From Octopus bimaculoides (Eukaryota): a stretch of 64,000 nt of DNA. Of the stretch, positions 12,124 to 24,852 are shown piece after piece. The DNA lies in contig NC_068982.1 of assembly GCF_001194135.2 (NCBI RefSeq), positions 37,210,466-37,274,465 on the forward strand, written 5' to 3'. Made by a program: the position numbers and the translations under genes. Below the pieces are notes generated by a model, which saw only the letters and a list, made by a program, of their open reading frames with translations, had not been told where the DNA came from and searched no databases. How positions within the stretch are numbered: position 1 is the stretch's first letter; the number at the start of each line of letters is the position of its first letter.

Positions 12124-13927
12124 GTTAGTTTCATTTTTCATTCTTAGCTAAAGATGAACATTGAGCTTAGAAAATAATTTCAATGACCAAAGAGAGAAAC
12201 TGAAAGAAACCTATCATGTATGTATGTGTGTGTGTACCCTTCTCTAGACATGACATGGTGGTTGTAAATGAGCATCATCATCATCATCATCATACAAACA
12301 AGGATGTTTGTTTCCATTCTTCCATGTAAAACATGTCTGACCATGGTGAGATATTACCTAGCTTGGAAGCATGAGGGTGGGTGACAAGAAGGGTATCCTA
12401 GAAAATCTGCCTTAACAAATTCCATGTGACCCATGCAGGCATGGAAAAAAGTGGAATCAGATTATAAGGATGATGATGAAAGTCATGCATTTTAAGTTTA
12501 AACTTAGTCTTTGGTTAAGCATCATTTTGCCCCTCAGAAAAGCATCACCTACATTAATCTGTTTGAAGATGATAAAAATGTACTAGCAAAATACTTAAAT
12601 TGATTTAAATGAGCTAGCTCTCCTTACAAATATGTTCTTATTCTAAGCAGAGGAAATCATTGTTTTGTTTCTAAATTTCATTATAATATCTAAAGGCTGC
12701 TTGGCATTAGATAATTTCATAATCAGAAGTCAGTCATTTTATCTTATTTTACCTAGCTATTACAGAAGGCCTCATTAAATTCAGATTATATTCTTTCTGA
12801 TCAGCTTTTGGATTCGAAATCTGGAGATTTCATCTCATCTGGCACTTCTCAAAGATTGCAAGAGTTATTAGATTAGATATGATAATGCAATTAGTATTGC
12901 TTGCTACTGTCTGGCTAACTGCCAAAGGTAGTAATAAATACATAATGGTAAAAGCTATAGATATCTATAACACATATGCACATATTTGTAAACAAAGTAT
13001 ATACATTTGTGCATGTTATGCACATCTGAAGCATATAAGATAAACTTAATGGTGCGGTGTTCAAATGCTGAACCACAAAAGAACAGTTTCTGTTTGTCAC
13101 AATGATGATATTAGTGTCGTAAGATTGTTATAAAGATAGGGGGTTCATAAAAAAGCAGGTACCTGACATGTGATCTTATCCTTATGACTGAATACCTATG
13201 TATCTAACAACTTCTTCAGATGAATCACAAAGAAGTAATAATATCATGCATTAACTCAGTTTACCTTGTTCGTCTCTGTCACAAATACTAATGATGTTTT
13301 TTGTTGTACTGGAGCATAAAGAATACCCAAACAGATTCAATATGTTCTGATTGCTCAGCGCAATGTGTGAAGCAGTGCAAGATAACTCTTGAACTTGAAA
13401 AGAACAGTAAATGTCAAGTGTCAAAACCTATATCCTATTATGCATTTCTTTCTCTTTTTTTTTTTTTTTCCTTTTTTGTGCATTTCACAAGCTTTCTTGA
13501 CCAGACTAACAAAATGTGTAATGAAATGCACACAATCCACAAACCAAATCCTACATAATATCCACTGAGTGTTAATTACCTATCCACAATATCTGTACTG
13601 AATATAAAACCATATTCTTGAAAATGAAAATACTACTAGTTTGCGAATTGTTAAATAGCTTGGCATTCTGCATTCAAGAGCTCATGTTAAAATTTATTTC
13701 TTTAGTACATACTGATTAAATTAGAGAGTGAATGGTAATAATCAATGAATCTTGTTTAATTTTTAATTAGTTAAATTTTTATCTAATTTCATAGATACGT
13801 TACAATTCATTTCTGTTTTCCTTAATCAGTTGTTCTGTTAGTAATTGACTCTTAGCTTTTAGGAGAAAAAAAGTGGGTTAAATTGGCTACATGCATACAA
13901 GGTATTGAATGAAACACTTGAAGTTAA

Positions 13928-14121
13928 TATGAGTGTGTGCTGAAAAAATCCTGGCTTTAAGGATATTGCAAAAGGCCTGGATGGCAGTGCCCAACCTTCT
14001 TAGTTCTTTTACAGGGCTTAAAAAAACTGAAGAACCATTGTAATAAGTATGTTAAATAAAATCATAACTGATCCTCGTTTTCTTTTATCCAAAGCCAGGA
14101 ACTTTTCAGCACCCCTTCATA
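13928..14121. mobile_element. Mariner-derived MITE
   Basis: Imperfect TIRs (gtgtgctgaaaaaatcctggcttt / aaagccaggaacttttcagcacccc) with TA ends; second copy at 59038-59254. Confidence 0.75.
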
Positions 14122-15330
14122 TATCATGTATCGATTTTACAGTGTGCCATTACTTACAATAACAAGTTATTCCTCCTACCTTGTAGAACTTATTAAAAAT
14201 TAGCCAGATTTAGGCTTTCAAAAGTTGAATGTCTTGGTCATCAATGTTATGCAGTTCTCATCCTTTACACTATTGACATTTTAGCTGATTATCTACTTCC
14301 CGATAAGTTTAACCATTTGTAATCTATGTTCAGCATTATAAATAATAATTTATTGAAGTTCCTGAAATTCTAATTCTTTAGTGCCATCTTACTGTTTCAT
14401 CCATATAACTCTTCTATCAATTCCTAACCTTCTAAAATACTTAGGCTTGTTCATAAATACTGTTAGATAAGTAAAATGTGAAAAACCTGAAATGATGTAG
14501 AGTAATAACACAAGATTGAGAAATGTTGTTTTCTTTCTTGTTTGTTTTTCTGAAGGGTATAAATAAGATTTTAAAATTTTGTGAGTAACTACAATGGATT
14601 AGAATCTCTAGAATTATAGTGAGTTAATCTGTCTTAAACATAAAGCTGAAGGTGAAAGATTTGCTGCTTGTTTTAAAAAATTGAAAAAAGGTGATTGTTA
14701 TTATTGTTGTGGCTTATGCACAGGCCAGCTCTGATCACACAGACTTATTATGACCAAAGATATTCAAGTTGTGACACACATTAATTTCATACATAGAATG
14801 TGATATGAAGGAGATTAGACAGTTACTTCTAGTAGGTCAAGTGACTGCATGAAGATCTTTTGTTAACTTAAGATAAGTGTTATATGAACGAGTGATTATT
14901 CAGACATCTAATTATCTGATAATTATGGAAAATAATATATATATAACGGGTGCAAAACTACTGTGAGCTAGTGATTGACAGTGGCCATAATGAGATATAC
15001 GGCAAAGAACATTGAGATAGTTAAAGACTAGTTACAAGTCAGAGCAGGATCTAGAAAAGAATCACCTGGAACTATCATAGAGAAATGATATGGCAGGTTC
15101 ATTCAGGCCTTTTCAGTATAACAACTGTATGATTTTTAGCAATAATAAAATTTAAAATATCAAACCTGCAAATTCCCTTCGATACTGAGATATTTTAAAT
15201 CATAAATATGAGAGGATTTAGGGCAGCAATCTTTAAACTATTTCATTTGTCTTGTTGATTGTGTGAAGATTTTGGCTTTTGCTACTACATAAGTTGGAAC
15301 AGGTAAACCTATATCAACTTCTCCTTGTAG

Positions 15331-15547
15331 ACTATGCAGAAAGCTTTGAAAGCACGGCAAGTTAATGTAGACAATATCAATCACAAGTATGGTCAGATGG
15401 TGAAAGAAGGACAATGGCAGAATATTAAGATGACAGATGCAATTCAAGACCGAGTTGTTCAGCTTAACAATGACTGGGAACACATACAAATAATGGCTTC
15501 TCAGATGAAGCCAGCTTCAGAGGCAGTTGTTGAAGTTATGAAAAAAG
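15331..15547 (+). CDS. DMD: Dystrophin exon equivalent to human exons 49+50 fused (217 nt, phase 0 to 1): TMQKALKARQVNVDNINHKYGQMVKEGQWQNIKMTDAIQDRVVQLNNDWEHIQIMASQMKPASEAVVEVMKK
   Basis: cttctccttgtag|ACT ... G|gtatgc. Covers both the VQAKQPDVEEI-like and LSSEWKAV-like segments. Confidence 0.92.
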
Positions 15548-16183
15548 GTATGCAAATGCATTAGTTCTCTGTTTTATGTAACTCATAAAAAATAAAGCTT
15601 TTAAAACTATTTTATTAAGCAAGCTATCAGTTTTTAATTCCCAATTGGAATACGTTCATTTTATTTGAGATTTTTGTGTCTATGTGACTTTAAGGTGCAT
15701 AAAGTCATTCACTGTTAAGGTAGGAGTCATACTAAATTTCATACTTATACATTGATCTGCTGTATTCATTGTAGTATAAAAGTTCATGTCATAATCATTG
15801 TGGCATGGGTTTGTTGTTATTGTGCAAATGATACATTGCAGATGATTTCATTTTCAAACTATAAATTAGTAGGCTATTGTTTTCTCCGTAGAGCTATCTT
15901 TTGAAGCACATATTAATGTTTATGATTTGTTTCATAATTATTGAACTATTCACTTTTAAACTAAATAGCTGATTGAAAGAAATAAAAACGTATACTAAAA
16001 GATCTATAGTAAATCTGATCCAGTCTTGCAATTTAAGTTGATATGTAAATATATTTAATAAAAAAATGTTTTGTTTCTCACTGAAAATAAATGAATTTAA
16101 TGTTCATCATTATTAAAAATATAAAAATGCTTAACTTACCTTGGGTATTATAAATTCAATTTCTTTTCTTCTTTTTGTAATAG

Positions 16184-16371
16184 TAAAAGTATCCCATGAG
16201 ATGCAGCAAGCAAACCATTTGCCTCATGCTAGCACTGCTCGACATTCAGGCTATGACAAATCTGTAAATGACATCATGGATTGGCTAGCTTTACAGAATC
16301 GAATGCAGAAAGTCAATAAAGCTGTGATTGGCAACATATCTGATATTGAGCAACTTATTGTCAAACAAAAG
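16184..16371 (+). CDS. DMD: Dystrophin exon equivalent to human exon 51 (188 nt, phase 1 to 0): (V)KVSHEMQQANHLPHASTARHSGYDKSVNDIMDWLALQNRMQKVNKAVIGNISDIEQLIVKQK
   Basis: ctttttgtaatag|TA ... AAG|gtaggt. The C-terminal half matches TELTDWLSLLDQVIKSQRVMVGDLEDINEMIIKQK. An alternative in-frame AG lies at 16188-89. Confidence 0.93.
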
Positions 16372-17540
16372 GTAGGTTTTTCACTCAATTTTAGTTATAG
16401 AGAAATTGAATTTGAGAAAAATTCTTTTACTTTTAATTTTATCCTGCTTTCCATGTTGGCATAGGCCTGGACAGAATGTCACAATTGAAGTCATTACATA
16501 TTTGGAGGTACAACTTTCTTAGACAGTACAGATGACCTTGTCTTACTCACACTTCACACTTGGCTTCCTAGCACCAGCCACTTTACAAACTGTATTGAGT
16601 GCCTTTTTTTTTGTGATACCAGCACTAGAGAGGTGTCACATCCTCAACAAGATTTAAGAATCTTACTAGCTTACACTTTACAGAGTGTTCTAGGTGCATT
16701 TTACTTGACACCAGCTCAAGAGAAGAGGATCCATGTCCTTGACCTGACTAAAAGGACCTCATAACATCATGCCTCTTCTTGCTCTCTGGCTCTTTTCAGA
16801 ATAAAAAGTATTAGTGATAGAGACAAATATTAGTGATAAAGAGGGATGAGTGATATGGATATAATGAAAAATAAAAGTTAGGAATGCTTGTTATGAGATG
16901 TGTCAGTGATCAAATCATAGAAACATGATGAAATACTTGAAAAAACACGGAATGCTATACATTTGTAAATGGCTAAAGTCACTCTTTTACAATGTCAGTT
17001 TCAGTTTCAACATATGATCTCAAATCAAATGACTTGCCAGACAAGCACAACTCTGAAATATCAATCTTTCATATATTGACTTATTCTTTCTAAACTCTGG
17101 AAATTTTTTTCAGAAAAAGCCTGAATCATTCATAGTGTATATTGAATTCAAACACTAATGATTTACACAGTAGTATAAGTCTCAAAAATTTGGTCAAGAG
17201 ACTATACATGCTGATGCATTTAATGTGGGTCTTGCATTCATACAAATTTTCAGTATAAATATTTAACAAGCCGAAGAATTTTCAACTTGAAAATAATCAG
17301 ATTTAGTATGTTTATAGTGGTCTAATAGAGCTACACCTATTCAGCATAACTTAGTGACTCTGACTCTAAAAAGATTGCTTTCTACATATTCTTTGATTAA
17401 GAAATTTTATTAGCTTTATTGTATTGAGACAAATGAATGTTTTATGAAAAAATTGAATCAACTATAAACAAACGTTTATAGTTGATTCACATCTTTTTTT
17501 ATGTATAAACATTTTTATGACTTTATAAAATTATTTTCAG

Positions 17541-17658
17541 AATACTTTGCAAAATATGGAGAATCGACAACAAGATCTTGAAGATATTCTTCAGAAAGCA
17601 TCAGTATTACAAAAAGAAACTAATTCTTCTGAAGTTAAGAAGGCAATTCAAGAAAAGG
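17541..17658 (+). CDS. DMD: Dystrophin exon equivalent to human exon 52 (118 nt, phase 0 to 1): NTLQNMENRQQDLEDILQKASVLQKETNSSEVKKAIQEK
   Basis: ttattttcag|AAT ... G|gtaaat. Matches ATMQDLEQRRPQLEELITAAQNLKNKTSN; same length as human exon 52. Confidence 0.95.
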
Positions 17659-17688
17659 GTAAATATAGTTTTTCTTATTAGACATTTG

Positions 17689-18241
17689 GGATCTTTTTTA
17701 AAACGGGGGCCACATTTTTCATTAATGTTTTACCTAGTGTTTTTGGTACCGAAAGACTTTCAAACTTCGTATACTTATCTATTTTGTGTTATAGAACAGA
17801 AAAATATTTTTGTATTCGAATTTATTTCATGTAAAAAATTGTCTTATTTCGATAATTTCAACCAATCACTGACAAGTATTCAGTTGTTTACATTTACTCC
17901 TTTGGCTGATTAAGCGGTGTAAAGCGTATTTAATTTCCATAGCTTCGTTTTGCTTTTTTCTTTTTAAATTTACTGTTTTACCCTAACCCTATCACCGATA
18001 GAATTGTTTCAGAATCGTTTGTTTATGTAGTCGGCACTTAATGTATATCGGCTGAATGGACGTCAGTGATTGGTTGAAATTACAGAAATACGACAACTTT
18101 AACATGGAATAACTTAGGGATTTCTTTTTTTTTTAAGAAGACTAAGAGAAAAAGATGTTTTATATGACACATTCTACCAGTGTTCCAAGTTTCAAAGTGT
18201 TTCGTTAATGAAAAATGTGGCCCCCGTTTTAAAAAAGATCC
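17689..18241. mobile_element. Young non-autonomous DNA transposon (553 bp MITE) with 37-bp perfect TIRs and 8-bp TSD GACATTTG
   Basis: ggatcttttttaaaacgggggccacatttttcattaa at the left end and its exact reverse complement at the right end. GACATTTG at 17681-17688 and 18242-18249. Confidence 0.92.
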
Positions 18242-18754
18242 GACATTTGTAAACTTCAACATCATCACCAATAACACCACTACTACCATCGTCATATTTT
18301 TCTCTGTTAGAAAGGGTTAAAGAAATATGCAGTTGACCATTTTCCATGTCTCAGCGTTGAAATGATAATGTATGACACTGATGATAACAAAATATTCAAA
18401 TACAGCATCAATTAACTGATGATGGTCTGCTTCCATGTCTTGGATTAATACCATAATATATGTCTCTGCGTTTGCTAAATTTAGAGGTTAACAAAAGCCA
18501 AAATATTTTCTGAGTTGATTTCTTTCTTAAACTGTTATATATCCAGTTTGTGTTATTTATTTAACACTGACAGGATAGCTGTCAATTTCAGAAAATTTTA
18601 TCTAAAAACTGTATACTGTCTATATACATATATATGACTATAGACATACACATGTCTATACATCATAAAGCATTTAATTTTTATCTTCTACCATTTCAAA
18701 CACCCAAAAGTTAACTTGAAGTTTTTAATAGAATTTATTCAAAATATAAATTCA

Positions 18755-19495
18755 ACAGGCATGTTGGACAACATTCAGGGAACTTCCATGGTGTACATAG
18801 TGGCAACAGATTTGGTTTCTGCAATGAGGAGGGAACCAGGCCGCTAGAGTTCTGTGAGGCAAAATGACCTTATGATCTGTAATACTAACTTCAGGAAACC
18901 TGCCAGTTACTTGTACACCTACCAGTCTGGTGGGCACACCAGTCAGATTGACTACATTCTCATCAGGAAATGGGAAAGATGGCTACTTATAAATGTCAAA
19001 ATTTCCCAGGTAAAGAATGCATCCCACAACATAAGTTAGTAGTTAGTAACTTCAGGATCAGGGCTAAATGGCTGCTTCGAAAATGACAAGCATAGAAAAG
19101 AATGGTCTGGAAGCTTAAGGATCCTCTGAATGGACAGAGATTTAGAGATGTATTACTTGAAGCTTTTGATGAAAAAGAGGGGGATATAGCATCACACAAT
19201 GTGGAGAACAACTGGTGATTCCTACGAGACAACCTGTTGAGGGCTACTGACCAGATCTCAAACTAAGGTAACATGGTGGTGGAATAATGTAGTTGACAGA
19301 GCTATTAGGGAAAAGAAACAGGCATGGAAGGACTGAAAGTGTGGTGGTAGCAGGGAACTGTATCAGATCTCCAGAAGGGAAGCTAGGAGACAGGTTTACT
19401 TAGCCAGAGGAGAAGCAGATAAGAAAAAGTTTGCTAATGTTCTGTGTCGTGACGACCAGAGACTTGAAGTATTTTGTATTGCAATGCCATGGCAT
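18755..19495 (+). mobile_element. RTE LINE fragment (endonuclease C-terminal half and linker), frameshifted
   Basis: HVGQHSGNFHGVH..RNEEG-like, NDLMICNTNFRKP..TYQSGGHTSQIDYILIRK, WKLKDP..GQRFR. Confidence 0.85.
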
Positions 19496-19570
19496 TTTTT
19501 CAAAAGTTTATTTCCATATACCTCTCTCTACCTTTGTCACTCAATAAACAGTGTTTTCTTTATTTTGCAG

Positions 19571-19773
19571 CTGATGAAATAAGCCATCTTTGGAATGACA
19601 CAAGATCTGCAGTTTCATCAAGAAAGACTCACTTAGAGGATATGTTACTTGAATGTCGACAGTTTGATGAAACATACTCTGCATTCAACCGATGGTTACA
19701 CCAGATGGAAGATGAGGTGAAATCAAAATCACATAACTCTCGAGACATTACAAAATCACTTTCAAACTATAAG
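19571..19773 (+). CDS. DMD: Dystrophin exon equivalent to human exon 53 (203 nt, phase 1 to 0): (A)DEISHLWNDTRSAVSSRKTHLEDMLLECRQFDETYSAFNRWLHQMEDEVKSKSHNSRDITKSLSNYK
   Basis: tattttgcag|CT ... AAG|gtaaag. Matches IERIQNQWDEVQEHLQNRRQQLNEML. Confidence 0.95.
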
Positions 19774-20429
19774 GTAAAGTTTACTATTGCTTTTTCAAAA
19801 ATTGCGTTTTCAAAATTTAATAGTTTTTTGGAGGGATTTTTTTCTATCATTCATTCATTCTGTAGCTATGCATTATCATCAATATTTAAAAAATGACAAA
19901 TTTTCCTTATGGGGAAGAAATACTGATGACTAAAGCACCCACAAATATCTTGAAATGCATTCAATCAACTATAGTATTCCTTTCAAAAATTTAATTGCCA
20001 TTACAACAAGTTGACGGAAATTTGTATCTAGCTTTTTAAGCAATTTCCCTATAAACATGTGTAAATTCCTTGTGCTAAAAAAAAAGTTGTATAATGCATC
20101 TCAATGTTCTTCTTCACAACACCCAAAATTATCTCCCTTATCCCAACTTGCATTTATAATATCAATTAAAAAGACTGACAGATACAGTCATAATTATATT
20201 ACTATATTCTTTAGTGCAACTACATAATTGATTATAATTAATTATAAGGCTTTTAGTTATATTATTAATGATAGCTTTTTCTCTAATAGGTACAATCACT
20301 ACCTGATATATTTCTATATTTCAAATTAATATATTGTCAAAATTAACTCTCACATAGAGATGACCATCTTTGTGTGTGTATGCACATATATGCATGTATA
20401 TACATACACAAATATATATATATATATAT

Positions 20430-21475
20430 CATCATCATCATCATCATCATCGTTTAACGTCCGCGTTCCATGCTAGCATGGGTTATATATACTGGCATGG
20501 GTTGGGTGGTTTGACCGGGGCTGGAAGGCTGCACCAGACTCCAGTCTAATTTGGCATGGTTTCTATGGCTGGATGCCCATCCTAACACCAACCACTCCAA
20601 GAGTGTAATGGGTGCATTAACATGCCACCGGCATGGGTTCCATTTGTGTGACACCAGTATCTGCCACAACTGGCTTGATGGGTCTTCTTCTATGCACAAC
20701 ATAATACCAAAGGTCTTGGTCATTTGTCATTACCGCCATGAGGCCCAACACTCAAAATGTGCTTTTTACATGCCACTGGCATGGGTGCCAGATACATGAC
20801 ACCAGCGTTGGCTACGACTACAATTTCACCTGGCTTGACAGGTTTTCTGAAGCACAGCATATTGCCAAAGGTCTCAGTCACCAGTCATTGCTTCTGTGAG
20901 GCCCAAAGTTTTAAGATCATGCTTCACGACCTCATTCCATGTCTTCTTGGGTCTATCTCTACCACAGGTGCCCTCCACAGTTGGAGATCAGCACTTCTTT
21001 ACAGAGATGGCCTTGTTCATACACATCAAATGACCATACCAGCGCAGTCATCTCTCTTGCACACCACATCTGATGTCACTTAGGCTCAACTTTTCTCTGC
21101 TTGCACTCTGATGAGCCATGCACACTGGCATTGCACATCCAGCGAAGCATACTAGCTTCATTTATTTCAAGCCTACACATGTCCTCTACTGTCATAGCCC
21201 ATGTTTCACTAACATGTAGCATACCTGTTTGCACACAAACATCACATAATACCTTTCACTTTGAGGGAGAAGCACTTGGTTGCCAGCAGAGGTAAGAATT
21301 CTCTGAACTTTGCCCTGCCTAATTTTATTCTCACAGCTGTGCTCTTGGAGCATCCACCTCTACTGCTAACTTGGTCGCCTAGATAACAGAAGCTATCTAC
21401 AATCTCTAGCTTACCCCGCTGGCAATTGATGGAGTCTATTTTCTGTACATTTTCAATGTTTATTGTACTTGTGTA
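20430..21475 (-). mobile_element. 5'-truncated RTE LINE: ORF C-terminus, 3' UTR and (GAT)n tail
   Basis: KLEIVDSFCYLGDQVSSRGGC..RIKLGRAKFREFLPLL, GRDRPKKTWNEVVKHDL, then the UTR and (CAT)n on the plus strand. Confidence 0.85.
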
Positions 21476-21683
21476 ATATAATATAAATATATATATATAT
21501 ATATAGAAGTTTTCCATATGTCTTAGCATTTATTGTTTTATATATTTTTTCCTTTTTGATTGTGTACATGTGTGAGTGTAGGTATAAAATGTGTATGTGT
21601 GTGTATATATGTGTATGCATGTATGTATATGAGTGTAGGACTGTGTCCAGTGTATAAGTGCGACTTTCATGCACACGTCTCCT

Positions 21684-21716
<33 letters not shown>

Positions 21717-22769
21717 TATAGTTTTAGGGAACGGAAAAATTTGGATAAGTACTGTTTTCACTTTGCTAAAGATTTTCTACTATTTGAAAATAATATGTAT
21801 TCTTGTTTTTATACTATTCATTTGTTTCTTTATAGATTATTTTAATAGATAACTTATTTAACACTATATTATTTAGAAGTTATAGTTTCATTTCAACATA
21901 ATATTAGAACTTCGATTGGAATAGTGTTGATATATTTTCGGTTATTTTTGATTAATATTATTTGATTAATTATTAATCTTTATAGTTTATAATATCGTTA
22001 AAGTTTTTTTTAAATCAAAACTTTGGAAATATATATAAAGTTTAACCTTTTATTCTTAATAATTTTTTCTTTCCTAAAACTATATATATTTTATATATAC
22101 TTTATCTATAAGGCTCAATTTAATTTTAATTTTTTATAAATTGATTTTAATTGAGTTTTTTACCTGTAATTTTGGATTTTGTCCCTAATAATATTATTAT
22201 ATATATATATATATANNNNNNNNNNNNNNNNNNNNNNNNNNNNNNNNNNNNNNNNNNNNNNNNNNNNNNNNNNNNNNNNNNNNNNNNNNNNNNNNNNNNN
22301 NNNNNNNNNNNNNNNNNNNNNNNNNNNNNNNNNNNNNNNNNNNNNNNNNNNNNNNNNNNNNNNNNNNNNNNNNNNNNNNNNNNNNNNNNNNNNNNNNNNN
22401 NNNNNNNNNNNNNNNNNNNNNNNNNNNNNNNNNNNNNNNNNNNNNNNNNNNNNNNNNNNNNNNNNNNNNNNNNNNNNNNNNNNNNNNNNNNNNNNNNNNN
22501 NNNNNNNNNNNNNNNNNNNNNNNNNNNNNNNNNNNNNNNNNNNNNNNNNNNNNNNNNNNNNNNNNNNNNNNNNNNNNNNNNNNNNNNNNNNNNNNNNNNN
22601 NNNNNNNNNNNNNNNNNNNNNNNNNNNNNNNNNNNNNNNNNNNNNNNNNNNNNNNNNNNNNNNNNNNNNNNNNNNNNNNNNNNNNNNNNNNNNNNNNNNN
22701 NNNNNNNNNNNNNNNNNNNNNNNNNNNNNNNNNNNNNNNNNNNNNNNNNNNNNNNNNNNNNNNNNNNNN

Positions 22770-22811
<42 letters not shown>

Positions 22812-22827
22812 CATGCATATATGTATA

Positions 22828-22866
<39 letters not shown>

Positions 22867-23089
22867 GCATATATTTATATGTAGGCATACACCTATGTGT
22901 ACATGAAGATGAAGTTGCGTGCATATATATATATATGTGTGTGTGAGTGTGTACGTATGTAGACATGAACGCACAAGGTTTTTATGTCTATGTATTGAGA
23001 GAATGTAGTTGCGTATATTTTTTATCTTTTATATTTTTTCCTACCTATTAGGGTAATTTCCCTTTTACTCAGCAGTTTTTTTTTTATAG

Positions 23090-23710
23090 CATCTATTGAC
23101 ATAATAGCCAATGAGAATGCATCGTAGCACTTAGCCCCAGCATTTCAAACTCTTGAGTCCTATTATGACAACTTACTGATTGTCCTAAACAGTGCACTGC
23201 AAGATAGGACCTCTCTTCTAAAAGGACGGCTCCCTCACAGATAGTCCAACCAGGATCAGTGAGATACTGAATGACCAGTTCAAAAGTGTCTTTACCACCC
23301 TGTTGGAACACAGACAAGTGAACGAACCAGTGGATTTCTTTGCTGTCTCACCTATAACCAATGAGGCAGTTATGATTGATTACATCAACATTAGTGAAGA
23401 AGATATACTACTACCCATAGATGAGGTGGACGCAAACTCAACTGCTGGTCCTGATGATTTCCCAGCAATCTTCCTCAAATCGTGTAAGCGTGCCCTGGCG
23501 AAATTTCTACAGATTCTCTTCCAGAGCTTTCTTGCAAAAGGCAGGCTGCCAAGCAAACTGAAGAAGGGATTACTATGTCCAATCCATAAAGGGGTAAGCA
23601 GAGCAGATGCCAAAAACTATAGGCCTATCTCTCTGACTTCACACATCAGCAAAGTCATGGAACAGATAGTCAGAGGGAAACTAATCGTGTTCCTTGAAGA
23701 AAACAACTTT
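23090..23710 (+). mobile_element. Non-LTR retrotransposon RT N-terminal fragment (CR1/L2-group-like; distinct from the RTE family)
   Basis: NSTAGPDDFPAIFLK..PIHKG..KNYRPISLTSHISKVMEQIVR. Confidence 0.85.
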
Positions 23711-24339
23711 CCTATTGCAGCTAATATACACATTGTGATGACCAAGTCTCAATAACTTCTTTTTCTAAATAGATTTTCATGCAAATGTTTCCCCAATGCA
23801 TCCAGTATGTACTGCCAACATCAGACTTGTAAAATGGATTTATCTGACTTTACTAATAATTTAATGAACTAATTTGATGCAGCCTGAAGTGTCTTGTACC
23901 ACACAATTGACACAAATGATTTTATTGTTAAAGCTATCCTTCATTATGTCAAATACATGCTAGTCCCAAAACACAGTATTATGTTTTCTAAGAAACAAAG
24001 TGTACTTTTGGAAAATAATTTTTGTCAGTTTTGTAATCACTTTTAAGATGGCTTTTGTGTACAGTTTTCCTCCCTTCTCAGGGATTTTCTATTTTTCTTT
24101 CTATGAAAAGGTTTCATTTGGATTGTTGTAAACCAGATTGAAACTTTTGGGCTTATTAGTCACATCATTAGTGGTAAAACATTTACCAATATTTACATGT
24201 ATGCCATCCTTTAAGAAAGGACCAAATTAATCAACATACATGTAAATGTATAAGAAAAAAAATTCATCTTCATATCAATAGTCCAAAAAAAAATTTTACA
24301 TGTGATATTATTTGGCTTCCTTTCAATTAAAAAAATTAT

Positions 24340-24852
24340 TATATATAATCATAAAAGCAAAATTCTGTCTGTCCGTCTAGTATCCCTGTATTTCAGTCTA
24401 CATTTGCTCTGCATAGACATATTATACGTTTTTGGAATTAGGATGATCCCAGGATAGAAAATCTGCCCTTCATTTGGTTCTTGAACATTCAGCATTAGGA
24501 TCTGATTTAAAAGCATTTGGGTTGCTATTTCTAGCAGGTAAAGCTTAGCTGATTCACACCATCTTGGTTGGCGATTGTCAGATGATGTCAGAGATCAAGG
24601 GGGAGACAAATGACATTCGCCTCGTTAGTTTTATGTCGAGATAAAACCTTTGGGACAAATTGGCCAACCATTGGAATTCAACTTGGGACTGGAACAATAG
24701 AATGATTGCATTACAGAATTAATTCTCATCTGTCCTTAACCTCTGATCAAACACCACCAGAGCAGATAGCCATTATAGACGTATTGTAATCATGTTGTTT
24801 AGCTTTGTTTAGTTTTGGGTTGCAGGCCCAATTAGCCCTTAGCAGAAACTAG
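24340..24852 (+). mobile_element. Possible Helitron-like non-autonomous relic
   Basis: Starts atatataatcataaaagcaaaattctgtctgtccgtct, resembling Helitron-type 5' ends; possible CTAG end at 24849. Weak support. Confidence 0.3.

Noticed and set aside
17975-17995. ttaccctaaccct telomere-like motif
   Set aside because: Fewer than three units and lies inside the MITE.
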